DNA of 248,000 nt. It comes from Wallemia ichthyophaga EXF-994 (taxonomy: Eukaryota; Fungi; Basidiomycota). The notes under the pieces are model-generated. The model was given only the letters and a program-made list of their open reading frames with translations. It was not told where the DNA came from and did no database searches. The translations under genes and the position numbers were made by a program. Positions within the stretch are counted from its first letter, which is position 1; each line of letters opens with the position of its first letter. The stretch is taken from NCBI RefSeq assembly GCF_000400465.1, contig NW_008806277.1, positions 20,001-268,000 of the forward strand, in the 5' to 3' direction. Below are positions 100,620 through 115,843 of this stretch, one piece after another.

Positions 100620-102100
100620 GCTTTCGGGAACTTCTCTGCACCGAGTAGACCGAGTTCAAGGGATTTGATGCGCGTATCGTTTATGTAGAACAAAGGCGTA
100701 TACCCGTCTTAGGTAGAGGGTTTAGGGAAATTGGCGAGACCGATGGCATTTTAGAGGGCTTATCGGACTCATATGCCTCCTCAAAGGTTAGAGTGTGATC
100801 ATACAATTCTACGATACTACCTATGGATGATGCTATGATTTGTTACCCGACGGTGAATAATGAGCATTCAGTCACCGATGATTGTTCTGATAGCCATAAA
100901 ACAATCCTTCAACGTCAAATACATCTTCCGTGGGAGTTTTATTTGAATTTCGACTATCACTCTTCTGCAGCCCACTCACATCGAAAACTCGAAGTGTTTT
101001 ATCTGCACTTGCCAGAAAAATCTCAAACTGGTTGGCTGGATTGATCGAGACGCTATTTAGTGCTTTAATGGATTAGCTAAATTTTTCAACGGTTTCATCG
101101 TTATTCCGAATGCGCGCTTCAGTGATTGCCAACCTTCCTTGTGAGTCAGACATATAGATGATGTTTGGAGAGTTGTAATGTGCATCTATACCCAACACAT
101201 CAACTGAATCACCTTTAAAAGTCTTGTCGAGCAGACTTGGAGGATCGAAGAGCATTTGGAACACTTTACTCGACACACCAGTCTCAAAATCCAACAACAC
101301 TCGAACCGTTGAATCGGCGCAGACTGTATAAAGTTTACGGTAACAATGAGGATCTAGGAGGTTGTTGTTGATTGAATGACTTCTAACGTGTGGCTGTAGT
101401 CTCCATACTTCAGAATGATTTGCGTGTTTTGTGATACCAAGTTGGCCCTGCTTATCTCAAGTAAAGATAAGCTCAGATGATCGATCTGGGTGGTAAAGCA
101501 AAACAATTGGACTACTAGTCACAGCTTTAGTTCTGCAATAAGGTCTGCGTTTTTCTTTTTGGATCGCTGCTGAGTGTTCAAAACGACAGGAGAAATGCGG
101601 AATCTTGATCGTCTTTGGATCTCTTGAACAAGTTTGTTTTAGGTCATTTTTGGAACAGAACGGAGTTATTAGTGTAGATCAGCAGAGTTTTGCGCGTCCA
101701 ACTGATCCTGATAACACTCGTATTCTGCAGCATCGTCCCAAACATCGTCATAAACCGAGAAAAATACTGCGTCAAGTACGTCCAAACGCCTAGCAAACTT
101801 CCAAAGGTGAACTTTTTTGCGTTACTCTTCAGAATCAACAGAGTAAAGAGTTGGATCTTATTAATAAGAGTATGAATTGAGTGCTCAGAATAATAAGAGT
101901 TATTATCAAGGCTCCAGCGCTCTTCCAGCATTTCACCAAGCCCAGTTTTATCTGGTCTATAAAGTTCGGCATATCTTCTATAGGACTGATTCTTTGCAAT
102001 GATGCTTAGCGATTTATTGTAAGTTGGAATCTTTCGTTCTCTTTCAGGATCCTTATGATTAGTTTGAAATTCACTTGGATTGATGTGCCATGATACCTTT
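100620..102100 (-). pseudogene. Fragmented coding-like tract
   Basis: Protein-like ORF pieces in shifting frames with several stops. Confidence 0.3.
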
Positions 102101-102199
102101 AATGCCTTTGATAGGAAATGCTTTGTAAATGACGGTAACTATTACAACATAATTGATTGTGATATACTTGTACGAATTACTCTTTACTTTCTGTGCCGC

Positions 102200-102558
102200 T
102201 TGCTAGCATTCCTCTCTCAATATTCTCCACTGTTTTCCTGTGATTTGCTCAGTTGAGTCTTAAGACATTGTATTTGATACGAACAATTTCTGTTCGCGGA
102301 TCTTTGTCAGTTCCTCAATAAGCTTCAGTTGGTCCTCCTTTGTCAAATTGGCGCCTTGGATATTTCGCACTTTCTCATGAGACTTGTCCAAATTCGTTTT
102401 CAACTCTTTAGCCTGTATTGGGGGTTTGAGGGTGTCAAACTACACGAAACTAACCCGCTCACTGCCTTTGATGCTGCCTGTGTATTACCGCTGCTTATAT
102501 GCTCAGTTGTTTGCGCTATCAGCGGCAGTAATGATCCGAAGCTATCGTCAGCCATGAT
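102200..102558 (-). CDS. Mediator subunit Med9-like small protein
   Basis: Spliced MADDSF..AKELKTNLDKSHEKVRNIQGANLTKEDQ. Confidence 0.4.
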
Positions 102559-103042
102559 GTGATAAGTGAGAGAGTGTATGGTATGTTAATTTTATGTGAT
102601 ATAACCAATACATTTGTGGATCTATAGCGCTACACATACTTGAAAATATAAATCCAGATGGAGTGCAGGTGGCGTGCAAGGCTTCGTGAAGGCTTTAGGA
102701 AGAGATTAATGAACATGTATAATATCAAGCAGCCTCAAAGCAATATGAATAACGCACAAAACCACCCCCTCTCGCCCTCCAGAGAGGTGTAAAAACTTCA
102801 CCCAAAATGACTGAAGGATGAGAATACAAGCGCGAGCAATACAATACCACCCTCATAAACCCCCTGATACTCCCACACAATTAAATATTTGAGTCTTTTA
102901 ATTTTTTTAATTCTCCAGCCTCCGTCTTCGTAAATTTGAGAGGCGCCTTCTTGTCGAACGAGCGTGAGGAAGTGAGTGAATATCTCGTGGCTATAAGGAA
103001 ACACATTGACGGGTGTTTGAAATAGAGCAGTATGGTCAATCT

Positions 103043-103675
103043 CAGATCTCAGAAACGTATTGCTTCTGCAGTCTTAGGATGCGGTAAACGTAAGGTCTGG
103101 CTCGACCCAGCTGAGCAAAAAGAAATTGCTCAAGCTAACAGCCGTGCCAACATCCGTAAGCTCGCTAAGGTGGGTAACAAGTCTTTTGAATTGAATTTCC
103201 CTCACGAGACTTTCAGGACGGCCATGTCATCCGCAAGCCAGCTTTGATGCACTCACGTTCACGCGTCCGTGAAACTCACGCTGCTAAGCGTGCCGGTCGC
103301 CACACTGGCCTCGGTAAGCGTAAGGGTACCGCTGAAGCTAGGATGCCTTCCAAGGTCGTTTGGATGCGCCGCCAGAGAGTTCTCCGTCGCTTGCTCAGAA
103401 GATACAGGGAATCTGGCAAGATTGATAAGCACCTCTACCACTCCCTCTACCTCAAGTCAAAGGGTAACACTTTCAAGAACAAGCGTGTCCTTATGGAGCA
103501 CATCCACAAGGCTAAGGCTGAGGTCTTGCGTACTCAACGTCTCACTGACTCCGCTGAGGCTCGTCGTGCTGCTAACAAGGCTCTCCGTCTCCGTCGTGCT
103601 GCTAGAGTCGCTGAGAAGCGCTCAGGTATCACTCAAGTCGAGCACACTGACAACGTCGCCGCTACTCAAGCTTAA
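103043..103675 (+). CDS. RPL19: 60S ribosomal protein eL19
   Basis: [22 protein letters not shown]. Confidence 0.97.
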
Positions 103676-103964
103676 ATTGGCACTATTTAAAAGTGGAGTG
103701 TTTTGTTGGGTCACATATCGTCTCACACATGTATATTGTTTATCATTTACGCTCGAAAATTTTTGGTCGTCTGTGATAGTGGCTTGGTCTGTATCGAGTG
103801 GTTATGCGGGGGATTGTATACACCAAATACAAACTTTAACTGCGGCAGATGCACAGATTATATTTTTAGAACTCGGCGGGCTGCCATCGGGAATCGGTCG
103901 TTCGGAAATCCCTCTCGCACCGAATCAGCTAGGGCTGATAGCTGATTACGCTTTCTTATCAACA

Positions 103965-106362
103965 ATGAAATCAGACGACGAAAGTACTTTACACAGCGAG
104001 CGCCACAGCCATAATAATTCACTCAGTAATCTCAACATACGCTGTGGTGGCGATCACACTGGCGATTACGATAAGGCGACGAATTTGGAAATAAAAGGTC
104101 AGGAATTACAGCGGGAGCAACGTACTGATGATCGCGTCTCTGATAAAGGATCAGAAATTAATACCGATAAGCAGCAACAGCAGCGGCAGCACGATGCTTC
104201 TACATCTAATAGCACTCCTGAGCATACCAACAATGGAGAGAATGCAGTCGTTGAGAAGGAACAGCGCACTGATGGTCTCGATGATCAGACAAACTTAATG
104301 CCCCGGAAACAGATCATCGTCGTGTTCATGGGAGTCTCGAGCGCACTATTTATAAGTCTACTCGATCAGACGGTGATAAGCACAGCTTTACCTGATATTT
104401 CCAGCGAATTCCACGCTGCAGGGAAGGGTAATTGGTGCGTAGACCGCTAAGTATCAGCCCTTTGAAACTAAAAAAAATTATGACAGGGTTGCTACATCTT
104501 ACCTGCTCACAAGCACAGCGGTAATAACCTTCTGGTCACGTCTGAGTGATCTAATCGGCAGGAAGTTAGTACTACAAATCAACTTGATCATCTTTTTCAT
104601 AGGAAGTCTAGCATGTGCACTGTCCACTACAATTACAATGCTTATCGGCTTTCGCGCTTTGGCTGGACTAGGCGGCGGAGGAATACTGAACAACGTCATG
104701 GTCATTATCAGCGACATTGTATCATTGCGCGAAAGAGGAAAGGTTAGGTTGAGATGGAGTAAAATAAACCATACTAATCGTAAGCATAGTGGCAAGGACT
104801 TATTGGTGTGATTGTCGCGATAAGTAACAGTCTAGGTCCAATATTAGGGTGAGTTTTTGCCTACGTATGAAATAGACCATTTACACCGCTCTCGACTAGA
104901 GGTGTATTCACTGAAACTATTGGATGGCGCTGGATATTCTGGATCAACCTACCGCTCACAGGTGCTGCTATTTTGATCGTCCAGATATTCCTGCCTCAGA
105001 AACGTATCACATCCAACCCCCGCGAACAGATTAAACGGATAGACTATATTGGCACGATACTGGTACTTGCATCGACTACTCTGACGTTGCTGAGCTTGAA
105101 TTGGGGCGGAAATGAGTATGCATGGGACTCAGCTGTCGTCATTGCACTGCTTGTTGTTGGCGTAGTGCTCATGGTAGTCTTTGTGCTGGTAGAGGCTAGC
105201 AGCTTTATTAATCTACCCATTCTCCCAATGTATCTCTTCAACGATAGGTCCGTCTCAGCTAGCTTCTTCTGCACTTTCTTTAGCGGTACCATCTTCTACG
105301 GGGCTCTTTACTTCCTACCGCATTATTTACAAGTTGTTAAGGAATACAGTCCTTTGCGATCAGGAGTGGTGCTGCTGGGACTGATCCTTACCCAAAGTGG
105401 GTTGTTGATATGTCTCACTCAATAAACGCTAACAAGGCCAAAACAGCATTGTTTTCATTCACATCGGGAGTGATTGTGTCTAAAACTGGAGGTTATAGGG
105501 TGAACATATGGACTGGATTTCTAATGTGGACTATTGGACTCGGGTTATTCACAATGCTCAGCCCGTCAACAAGTATTGCAGAATTCGTTGGATTCTCAGT
105601 GATTTCAGGTGAGACATACCTTGCTTGTTGAGCGAAACTCAATGTGATAAAGGTTTTGGTGCGGGGAATACATTCCAGACGACGTTACTGAGGTTGGTAT
105701 ATTGCTTAATGAAAGACAAGCACACTCAAATTTCGTAGCGTACAGGCTGCTGTTAAAAGGCAAGAGATTGCAGTTGCGACGGGAGGTAAGTGAGACTTTT
105801 CCGAAACATAAATGTAATCAATCTCAAACTAACTGTATCATATACAGGTCGTAACTTTATACGGCTCCTTGGGGGTACGATTGGACTTGCACTGTGCGAT
105901 GTTATATTGAGGAACACGTTGATTACGGGATTACACAGTTTAGGGTCAAGTGTAAGTGAAATCAACGAAATCACGCAGGATCCTACGGCTATTCGGACCG
106001 TTGAAGGGATAGATACCGGGAAGGTGTTGGGGATTTACTGTGACGGAATTCGAAATATATTCATACTATTTACAGCTGCATCGGGTGAGTTATAAGATTA
106101 AGCGGTTTGCGTCGGGTAATCAGACCAATAATTACGAATTTGCAGGCGCGTCATTTGCATGCAGCCTTCTGATTCGTCAATGTAAGTCGCGTACCCATTC
106201 GGTTAAGATGAGATAATCAGATATGACGTAGATGCGTTGGACAAGCCAGATGACCAGATATTGAAGGAGGAGGGTAAGGAATGGAATGAGGAGCGTAAGA
106301 GGAAGAAGAGAATGAGGAAGGGAGGTGGTGTGGATAAGGTGGAGAATGAGGACAAAGTCTAA
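103965..106362 (+). CDS. MFS drug:H+ antiporter (14-TM)
   Basis: LLDQTVISTALP, FRALAGLGGGG, DIVSLRERGK. Confidence 0.9.
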
Positions 106363-106620
106363 AAAAGCGTCGGCAATTATGTGGAGATAGAGTTGTCTCA
106401 AGAAACCGGCGCAGGAAAGGGAGAGAATTACATGGCTACAGGGAACAAGTATAGAATATATAGATGTACAAATGTGAAATTAATAATTATCGGCCAAAGT
106501 GTGATAATAAAAATCTAACGGATCAAATAAAATTCTCAGCTTGTAACTCGAAGTAAATTGGATTGTTTCTTATAGAAATACTTCCATTAACACACACTCG
106601 TTTATAAATTTAAAGTCTCA

Positions 106621-107788
106621 ATGAATATTACAAACCTTGTCAACAGTGAGGGCAATAGCCATATCACCAAGGTGCCAAACCAGAACAAGCCATTCCAATG
106701 CACCTATGGTACCTGCACCAAGTCATTTGCCAGGAGATCTGACTTGCAGAGGCATTTAAGAATTCACTTGAATGAGAGGTGTGTCCGGTGTTTCAGGGGA
106801 TTACATATGCTCATAAACACCTAATAGACCATTTGGCTGTCCTGTTGACGGTTGCGGCAAAACCTTCATTCAACGTTCCGCCCTTACTGTTCATATTAGA
106901 GTACACACTGGTGAACGCCCCCACACGTGCGAGGAATGCTCAAAGTCTTTCTCTGACTCGTCCTCACTTGCACGTCATAGAAGAATTCACACTGGAAAGA
107001 GGCCCTATAAGTGTCCTATTCAAGGCTGTAGCAAGTCCTTTTGCAGGAAAACCACTCTCACTAAGCATACGAAGCGTAATCACCAGTTACACCTTGAAGA
107101 TAGGTCTCCTTCACCTCAAGTTGACCAAGTTGAGAAAGTTGACAAGTTAGACCACCCACAGCAACCAGCTTTGACTATACCACACACACTCTCGAACATC
107201 CACAACGTACAGCCTACAGAGTGTGTCCCTATCACGCAACCATCCCTCTACTCGCTTTCAATGGACCATAAGCCCCAACCATACATGCACACTCCGATAC
107301 CGCAGCTCTCTTCTTATCAGGATGATTCACCATCCAACTCAACCGTCTTTTCTTCACCAGCTACTCCTTCGTATTCGCAATCGCAGCCAGATTTCTTATA
107401 TACTCAGCCACCACCGCCTCACGCGTTCAATTTCTATGAGTCTGCCTCTCCATTCGTTTACTTGAATACACAGCTACAAGCACAGGCCAAGCACACTCAG
107501 CCTACACACACTCACGCTCATTACACTATAAATCATCACTCACAGCTACTTACTCCGCCTCAGTCTGCTGATCCAAACCAATTCGGTCCTTTCGCTTACG
107601 GTCCACCTCCAATGTCTCCAGTTGGAGTTGAGGACGAATTTGGCACATACCCATTCGTACCACCATCACCACCTCTGACAGGCTACTCGTCCACTCATTT
107701 TGACGAAAACGCTTATCAAGATCCATACCCATCCCAACCACACGTATTGACTGGATTGGGGTTAGATTTGGTACAGGATACCGAGTAG
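106621..107788 (+). CDS. C2H2 transcription factor
   Basis: [20 protein letters not shown]; further fingers after intron. Confidence 0.85.
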
Positions 107789-108061
107789 ATGTGATCATAA
107801 CTCGTAACTAAACTCTAATTGGGATAATTAGAGTTGTCTCTCATTTCAAGTATCTCAACTTTATCAGTTACGACACTTTCTCAATTTTCATCCTCGTGAT
107901 ACTATCATTCTGTTTGATTTCCGTTCTATTCGTTTGATTCGTTTTTGCGCTTACTCATTACTTTTAATAATCACTTTATATCCTTCTATATACCCGCTTG
108001 GACTATTTAACATCATTTTCACATTCATGAGTGTCATTCATTCGATTAACAGGGAGGCGCG

Positions 108062-109112
108062 TTAGGATTTGTGTTTCTGTTTCTTGTTTTGCTTCTTTTT
108101 GTTAAGCTTATCTTGAGATTTCTGAAACTCTTCCTCCGTGGGTTCATGGACTTGTTCTTGGTCTTCTTCATGGTCCTCTTCCTCCTCCACTGCGCGCTTC
108201 TTTTTATTCTTGGGCTCCTCCTGCTTGTCCTTACCCTTTCCTTTCTTAGGAGGTGCGTATTTAGCTTCTAGCGCGCCGACGAGATTATCAAGTTGGCTCT
108301 TACGTTTATCACCGCGTTGGGCAATAAGCTGAGCGAGAGCGGAGTCACCCTCGTCGCCCTCCTCATCTTCCCCACTTTCCCCACTTTCCTCTTGGAAATC
108401 GCTGCCCAGACCTAGCTCGCGCCTTAGTTCTGCAGCCTGCTCGGCCTCAGACTGAGCCTTGCTAGCGCGACTCTTGCGCGCGACGGGTTTAGACGATCTA
108501 ACGAATTTCTTCGAGTGCGCAAGTCGGCCACCGTCTATTTCACGCTGCAGTATGTCGATGAAGCGCTGCTCATCGTCCAGCACGCTAGCGTGAGGGATAT
108601 TTGCAAAGATGGCGTCGAGATCGCCGTCGCATGTCTCATAAGCGTGTTTCAAGTCGTTCAGTTCATCCTGCGAGCCTGAGCGGGAGTGGGAGAAATTGTG
108701 TTTGTGTTAGCCCCAACTTCTGATACACCCTCTACCCACCTTGATACCGCTCTCGATCTTCCGCTAGAGCTTCCCACGTGACGCGCTCGAAGAGGTCATC
108801 GAAATAATCTTCCCAGCTGTAGTCCTCCCCGATATCCACACCGAGATCTATCGACGATGTTCGGCCAGTCTTGTCGTACTGCTCACGCTTCTTGTCGTCC
108901 GATAGCACTGTATATGCGAAGGACACACGCTGGAATTGCTCAGATGCATCCTGCGATGGATTCTTGTCCGGATGACTCTCAAGCGCTAGTCGGTGGTACG
109001 CCTTCTTTATCGTCGATGTAGTGGGTAAGTCTTCCTGCTGCAATTGTAGCACTGCGTATAGATTCGGTGGGTCGGCACCGAATATCGTGTGCATTGGATC
109101 GCTGCTGTTCAT
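108062..109112 (-). CDS. DnaJ-domain protein (DNAJC9-like)
   Basis: HPD, YDKTG. Confidence 0.88.
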
Positions 109113-109254
109113 GTTAAGTGCTTCGTCGCGTGTCGCGTGTCGCGTGAACAAGAAGGAAGACGGAGTAATTAAAAAGTGAATTAGATACAATTTGCTTTCT
109201 ATTTGTATTCCTTACTATAAACTATATACCACATACCATAATTTATTCTACACA

Positions 109255-110796
109255 TTATACAGCACTCAACCACGCTTGTTCTGGCAGCACCTGTCTCATT
109301 ACATCCCAATGATGCATAGCTGATTTCTGCTGAACATTGTCGAGCTTCTTAGATTGGCCATCGTGCAAAACATCCTCATTGGAAGCCCCCACATAACCGG
109401 AAAGGTCGATTTCATTGCTAGTGAAACTGCTTAACACCCTAGTGCGCAGTATAGAGTTAAGCGTGTCGGCGCTAGTAGCTGGCCTGAAGTCCAAAGCTGG
109501 TTCAGCAAATTTAGTGCAGAAGACGACCATGTTGAGGAAAACCTCTTCCTCCTCCATCTTCTGGTTGACGGGGCGATCAGAGAAAGCGCGACACTGTGGG
109601 AAGGCGTGGAGGAGGGTGCCTATGACCATTCTTGTAGCTTGAGATGAAGCCACACCGGCAAAGTTGACGCCCAACACACCGCTCTCTTTCATTCCGTACT
109701 TGATTTGCTGCCATGACTCAGTCGTGTAAAGTCTTCCAGGCACACCTCCGCCTGTAAATACATCGTGGATCACATAGTCGAATTTGTCACTCTCACTGTC
109801 CATATCGACGATCCATTCTATCACTGCTCGACGCGCATCCGCCAACTTGAGGTGTTTGGGTGAAGGTGCTCCGAAATACTCCAAAGCATAATTGTAGACG
109901 GCTGGATCTATTTCTACAACTGAAAGTTCCAGGCCGTGCTTATCGAATGCAGTCGCTGAGACACCAATGCCTAATCCGATGATCAACGCTTTCTCCTGCT
110001 CGTTGAGCTGTTGGTGTTCCGGTCTATTAACAAGTCTGACTGCTTCTTGGAGAAGGAAAGTGGTGTAAATACTCTCGCTGTTGTTCACTACAACCTCATC
110101 ACTCAAGTCTACCTTGTTTCCGTATTGATTGATGAGTGACTCCTTTGATGGACCAACCCAGAGTCCACCAAGCAGGCTGTGATCAGCACGCATATACCTG
110201 AAACCTTGAGCTGCGTCTTCGCCGATGATTATCTGACCAGTAACTGACTGTGTGCGTGCGAGGATTGGATGGCCATCGACAGCCTCCCTTGGTGCAAAGT
110301 TTGAGATGGTGATAGCGAGCAGAATAACAGGGATAACAAGTAAGTTGCGTGATTTGGAGCTTGAGAAGATGCTTTCATTCTCAGCCTTACCAACGCCTAA
110401 AGAAATCAGGACAGAAATGAGTGCAGCTGGTAGAGAAACCAATTTGAGGAAGACAACGGGGTCTTGAGGCATGAGTGGAGAGAGGAAACCGCGTGTGAGC
110501 AATCTAGAGAAGCTAGTTTCAATGGAAGGGAACATAAATGAACCAATCAAAGGGAGAGCGTATTGGAATGAATCCGGACAGAGCTTTAGAAGATGTTCAT
110601 AGAGGTTGATAATGGCGAATATCCAGCTAGGGGCTTGGAGAATGGACCAGGCAATCCTAGGACCCCAAACGACACCCAATTGAGAAGACTTATTCGCAAT
110701 CAAGCGTATAGTGAATGGATTTGAAATAGCGCAGATGATTGCAACAGCGAATGGCTTCAAAGTCTTCCTAATCTTAATAGCTTTTTCGTTGTGCAT
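109255..110796 (-). CDS. Membrane spermidine-synthase-like methyltransferase
   Basis: IIGLGIG, VVEIDPAV, IHDVFTGG. Confidence 0.8.
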   Translation of the reverse strand: MHNEKAIKIRKTLKPFAVAIICAISNPFTIRLIANKSSQLGVVWGPRIAWSILQAPSWIFAIINLYEHLLKLCPDSFQYALPLIGSFMFPSIETSFSRLLTRGFLSPLMPQDPVVFLKLVSLPAALISVLISLGVGKAENESIFSSSKSRNLLVIPVILLAITISNFAPREAVDGHPILARTQSVTGQIIIGEDAAQGFRYMRADHSLLGGLWVGPSKESLINQYGNKVDLSDEVVVNNSESIYTTFLLQEAVRLVNRPEHQQLNEQEKALIIGLGIGVSATAFDKHGLELSVVEIDPAVYNYALEYFGAPSPKHLKLADARRAVIEWIVDMDSESDKFDYVIHDVFTGGGVPGRLYTTESWQQIKYGMKESGVLGVNFAGVASSQATRMVIGTLLHAFPQCRAFSDRPVNQKMEEEEVFLNMVVFCTKFAEPALDFRPATSADTLNSILRTRVLSSFTSNEIDLSGYVGASNEDVLHDGQSKKLDNVQQKSAMHHWDVMRQVLPEQAWLSAV

Positions 110797-111246
110797 TGCA
110801 AGTGGCAGAGGGAGTACAGATAACAAACCAGTGAGTACTTTATGCGGGGAATCAGTGTTTATACCGCCAAAGATGGGATTGAGGGATGATTTGATCAAAA
110901 AGGATTGGAATGATAATAAATAGGCTGTAATAGCGAATAAAGATGCTGTAATTGGGTTTGTTAGCGTATAACCACCTTACGTACGAATCCCCCACCAAGT
111001 TTGAACATTCTTACAAATGTGAACTGTTGTACGTAATCGATATTTCTAGCTTGATTCTCATTAGCCATGTGAAGCGCATCCATCAGTGTCGTTGGTTTTG
111101 CTGGCTGGGATGGCTGGGCCGGTTCAGATGCCTTCTTCTCTTGGGACATGATGGGCGTGGGTGGATAAGGGGCAATACAAACGTAAAATGAGAAATTAAA
111201 TCAATTTTATTTGTTTGTAATCGTCGCTTTAAATACATCTTCTAAT

Positions 111247-112895
<1,649 letters not shown>

Positions 112896-113004
112896 TTTTA
112901 CTATTTTTCAAGTTGAAGACGAGAGAGAGACCAAGTGGATTGCTACTCGTCGCTTTCAAGAAAAAATTAATAAAATTTATAAAAATGGCTTCCAAGAATA
113001 TTAA

Positions 113005-113676
113005 ATGCGTAGTGTGAGTTTGTTTGTATTTAAATATAAGCAATAAGCTTATCCAATCTCAACAGCGTCGGCGATGGTGCTGTTGGAAAGACGTGTCTGC
113101 TGATATCTTATACGACGAATCAGTTTCCAGTGGGTTATTTATTGTGTCTGGCGGTTCCATTCACTTAATTGCCTTTAGAGCGATTACGTACCCACCGTCT
113201 TCGACAATTACCAAGCCACGGTCCTTCTCGACGGCAAGCCTGTCCTCCTTGGCCTCTGGGATACTGCCGGTCAGGAGGATTACGACAGGCTGAGGCCCCT
113301 TTCATACCCCCAGACGGACATATTCCTTTGCTGCTTCTCTATCCACTCTCCCGCCTCGTTCGAGAACGTCAAGTACAAGTGGTGGCCGGAAATCTCCCAC
113401 CACGCTCCAGGTGTCCCTATCATCCTCGTCGGCACGAAGCTCGACCTCCGATCCGACCCGCAAGCCGTCAATGCCCTTAGAGCCCGTAGAATGGAGCCCA
113501 TTTCCTTTTCTCAAGGCGTTGAGCTTTCTAAAGACATCAACGCAATCAAGTACCTCGAGTGTTCCGCACTCACCCAAAAAGGCTTGAAAGGCGTCTTCGA
113601 TGAGGCTATCCGTGCCGTTTTGGTGCCTCAGGGACGCAAATCAAAGCGGAAGCAAAGAGGTTGCGTTTTGATTTGA
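113005..113676 (+). CDS. RAC1: Rac-type Rho GTPase
   Basis: [38 protein letters not shown]. Confidence 0.85.
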
Positions 113677-113848
113677 TGTTATTCTCTAAACAATCTTGGA
113701 TGGGTTGTAAGCGAATGCTTCTCCACACCTTCTCCTCGTGCTAACGTATACCTCTCCTAAAAACACCGGCACAAGTCTCTTGTAATGTACATACATGAAT
113801 GAAATGAATGAATGAATATATGCATCGTCTTTCTCACTATCTTTTCTT

Positions 113849-115576
113849 TCACCTGTCCGGCGCCCCTATCCTTCCATGCTGCTGTTCCGACAGCAGGTAA
113901 GACTCGCACTGGCTTTGTGAGCCAAGGGGATATCTCAGCTGCCACAGGAGAACCAATTGATTGATAGCCTGCATCTGAGGACCAGGTTTGAGTTGCAAGA
114001 GGGTAAGGATGCGTTTACCGTCTACCAGAGGTCTCGACTCAAGTTCATGTGGGAGTTGAAGCATGTCGAGAGCAGCCTGCGTAAAAGAATTGTATGTGCC
114101 AACAATGCTGGTGATTTCCCCAGCCTTCAAAGCGTCGTCTGTGCAACCACCTGCGTAAAACGGCTCTGCGAGTTCCTTAGTGAGAGCGAAAAGTAGAGAA
114201 GCATTCCAATGTGTGCCTTGTACCGGACGATGAATGTGACCACTCCGTAAAGCACACGCGACAGCTACCCTGTCGCTTTTATCCACACTCCGCACATCTC
114301 TCTCCAGCTGCGCGCACGCCTGCACAAGATTATCCACATGACTTCTCTCCGCATTGCCCAGTTTGAGCCCATTGCTGATGATGGACGCGGGTGCACTCAC
114401 CTCCTTCTTCTTCTCGCGCACTGCCTTGCCGAAATAGGGAAGGAGCGCAACTGCCATCCATAGACGGCGGGTGAGTGTGGCATCGTGGAGCACTGCGCTG
114501 AACTGCTCACTCACCGCTGTGCTCAGCCCAAGTGTGTGCGGCGCGTGCAGCAGAAGGTGCAGGATGTGTCCGCCAGCCACCGCATATGAGGCTGATGAGG
114601 ATCGCAGTGACTGTATATTTTCTTCTCTACCTTGCCTAACATCCTCCACACCCACACTCCACCCAAACACCACGTCGTGCATCTGCGTATGTGCCAGGTT
114701 CTCCAGTGCGCTGAGTGGGCGGGATGAATTAAGCATTTTATCCACCTCGATACCGATGCGCTCGCGCGAGACATTCTCACATACGCCTTTTCGAATATCG
114801 CCGTGTCTAGCGGCGAGTATAATCTCCTGATCGAGAGCAAAGCCGTAACGAGTAGCGAATCGGATGCAACGAAGAACGCGAAGGGGGTCGTCAGCGAAAG
114901 TGGTAGCGGGGTGCAAAGGCGTGCGTACGAGACCTCTCTCTAGATCTTGCACACCACGCCCAGTGTAATCCTCCACTTGTCGCGTATGGATGTTGTAAAA
115001 CAGCGCATTGATCGTGATGTCACGTCGTAACGCATCTTCCTCCGCCGTCCCCAGGTTCATCTGAGGGATACGACTGCCCGTTGCGTACGTCTCTGAGCGT
115101 AGATTGACGAAATCTACCTCGTACCCCAGGAATTTCATCCTCGCTGTTTCGAGATGTTTGCTTTGGTCGGGGTTAGCGTTTATGCGTGCTATGGATATCT
115201 TGGTGGGTTTTTCGGGCGTGCCACTATCGCTGATATCGTGCACAGCGTGTGCTTCGATATACTTTGCCAACGCCTCAGCGAATGGTAGCCCATTCATTGG
115301 GGTTATGGCCACATCTATGTCGTCGGACGGCTTTCCAAGCAGCTTGTCACGCACCCACCCACCAGCTATACGCAGCTCTAGCTGACGCAGTGCACTATCC
115401 GACGTTCGCAACTCCGCCGTACACCCATTCAACACCTCACATAACCTCTGCTCACTCCTCGTCAAATCTATCATTGTCTTTGGGTTGCTTGCAATTTTCG
115501 GATTTCTCGGTTTTAGCCGCCCTGCTGCCGTTCGAAGCCCGCGTATTATGATGGCGTGGTGGTATCGACTAGACAC
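113849..115576 (-). CDS. CCA1: CCA tRNA nucleotidyltransferase
   Basis: GGWVRDKLLG..DDID, EDALRRD, DDPLRVLR. Confidence 0.95.
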   Translation of the reverse strand: MSSRYHHAIIIRGLRTAAGRLKPRNPKIASNPKTMIDLTRSEQRLCEVLNGCTAELRTSDSALRQLELRIAGGWVRDKLLGKPSDDIDVAITPMNGLPFAEALAKYIEAHAVHDISDSGTPEKPTKISIARINANPDQSKHLETARMKFLGYEVDFVNLRSETYATGSRIPQMNLGTAEEDALRRDITINALFYNIHTRQVEDYTGRGVQDLERGLVRTPLHPATTFADDPLRVLRCIRFATRYGFALDQEIILAARHGDIRKGVCENVSRERIGIEVDKMLNSSRPLSALENLAHTQMHDVVFGWSVGVEDVRQGREENIQSLRSSSASYAVAGGHILHLLLHAPHTLGLSTAVSEQFSAVLHDATLTRRLWMAVALLPYFGKAVREKKKEVSAPASIISNGLKLGNAERSHVDNLVQACAQLERDVRSVDKSDRVAVACALRSGHIHRPVQGTHWNASLLFALTKELAEPFYAGGCTDDALKAGEITSIVGTYNSFTQAALDMLQLPHELESRPLVDGKRILTLLQLKPGPQMQAINQLVLLWQLRYPLGSQSQCESYLLSEQQHGRIGAPDR

Positions 115577-115843
115577 AAAACACAGGACAAGTAAAAACTA
115601 TCAAATGTATTGCTTGTAACAATTTGTATGCAGAAATATTAAAGTTTTCCGTATTATTGATTATTGATTATCGGCTGGGTATCTTGTATCTTGTATCTTG
115701 ACGTGGTGTAGAGTAGTCTAGAGTTGTTTCGAGGGGGCAAAAAAGGAACGACGAGGAGAACGAAACTTAGAACGAGATCAAAGGAGTGTGGAACGAGATT
115801 AACATTTAAAAGAGGAGCAAAACGTGATCATTTTCCATCTCTT

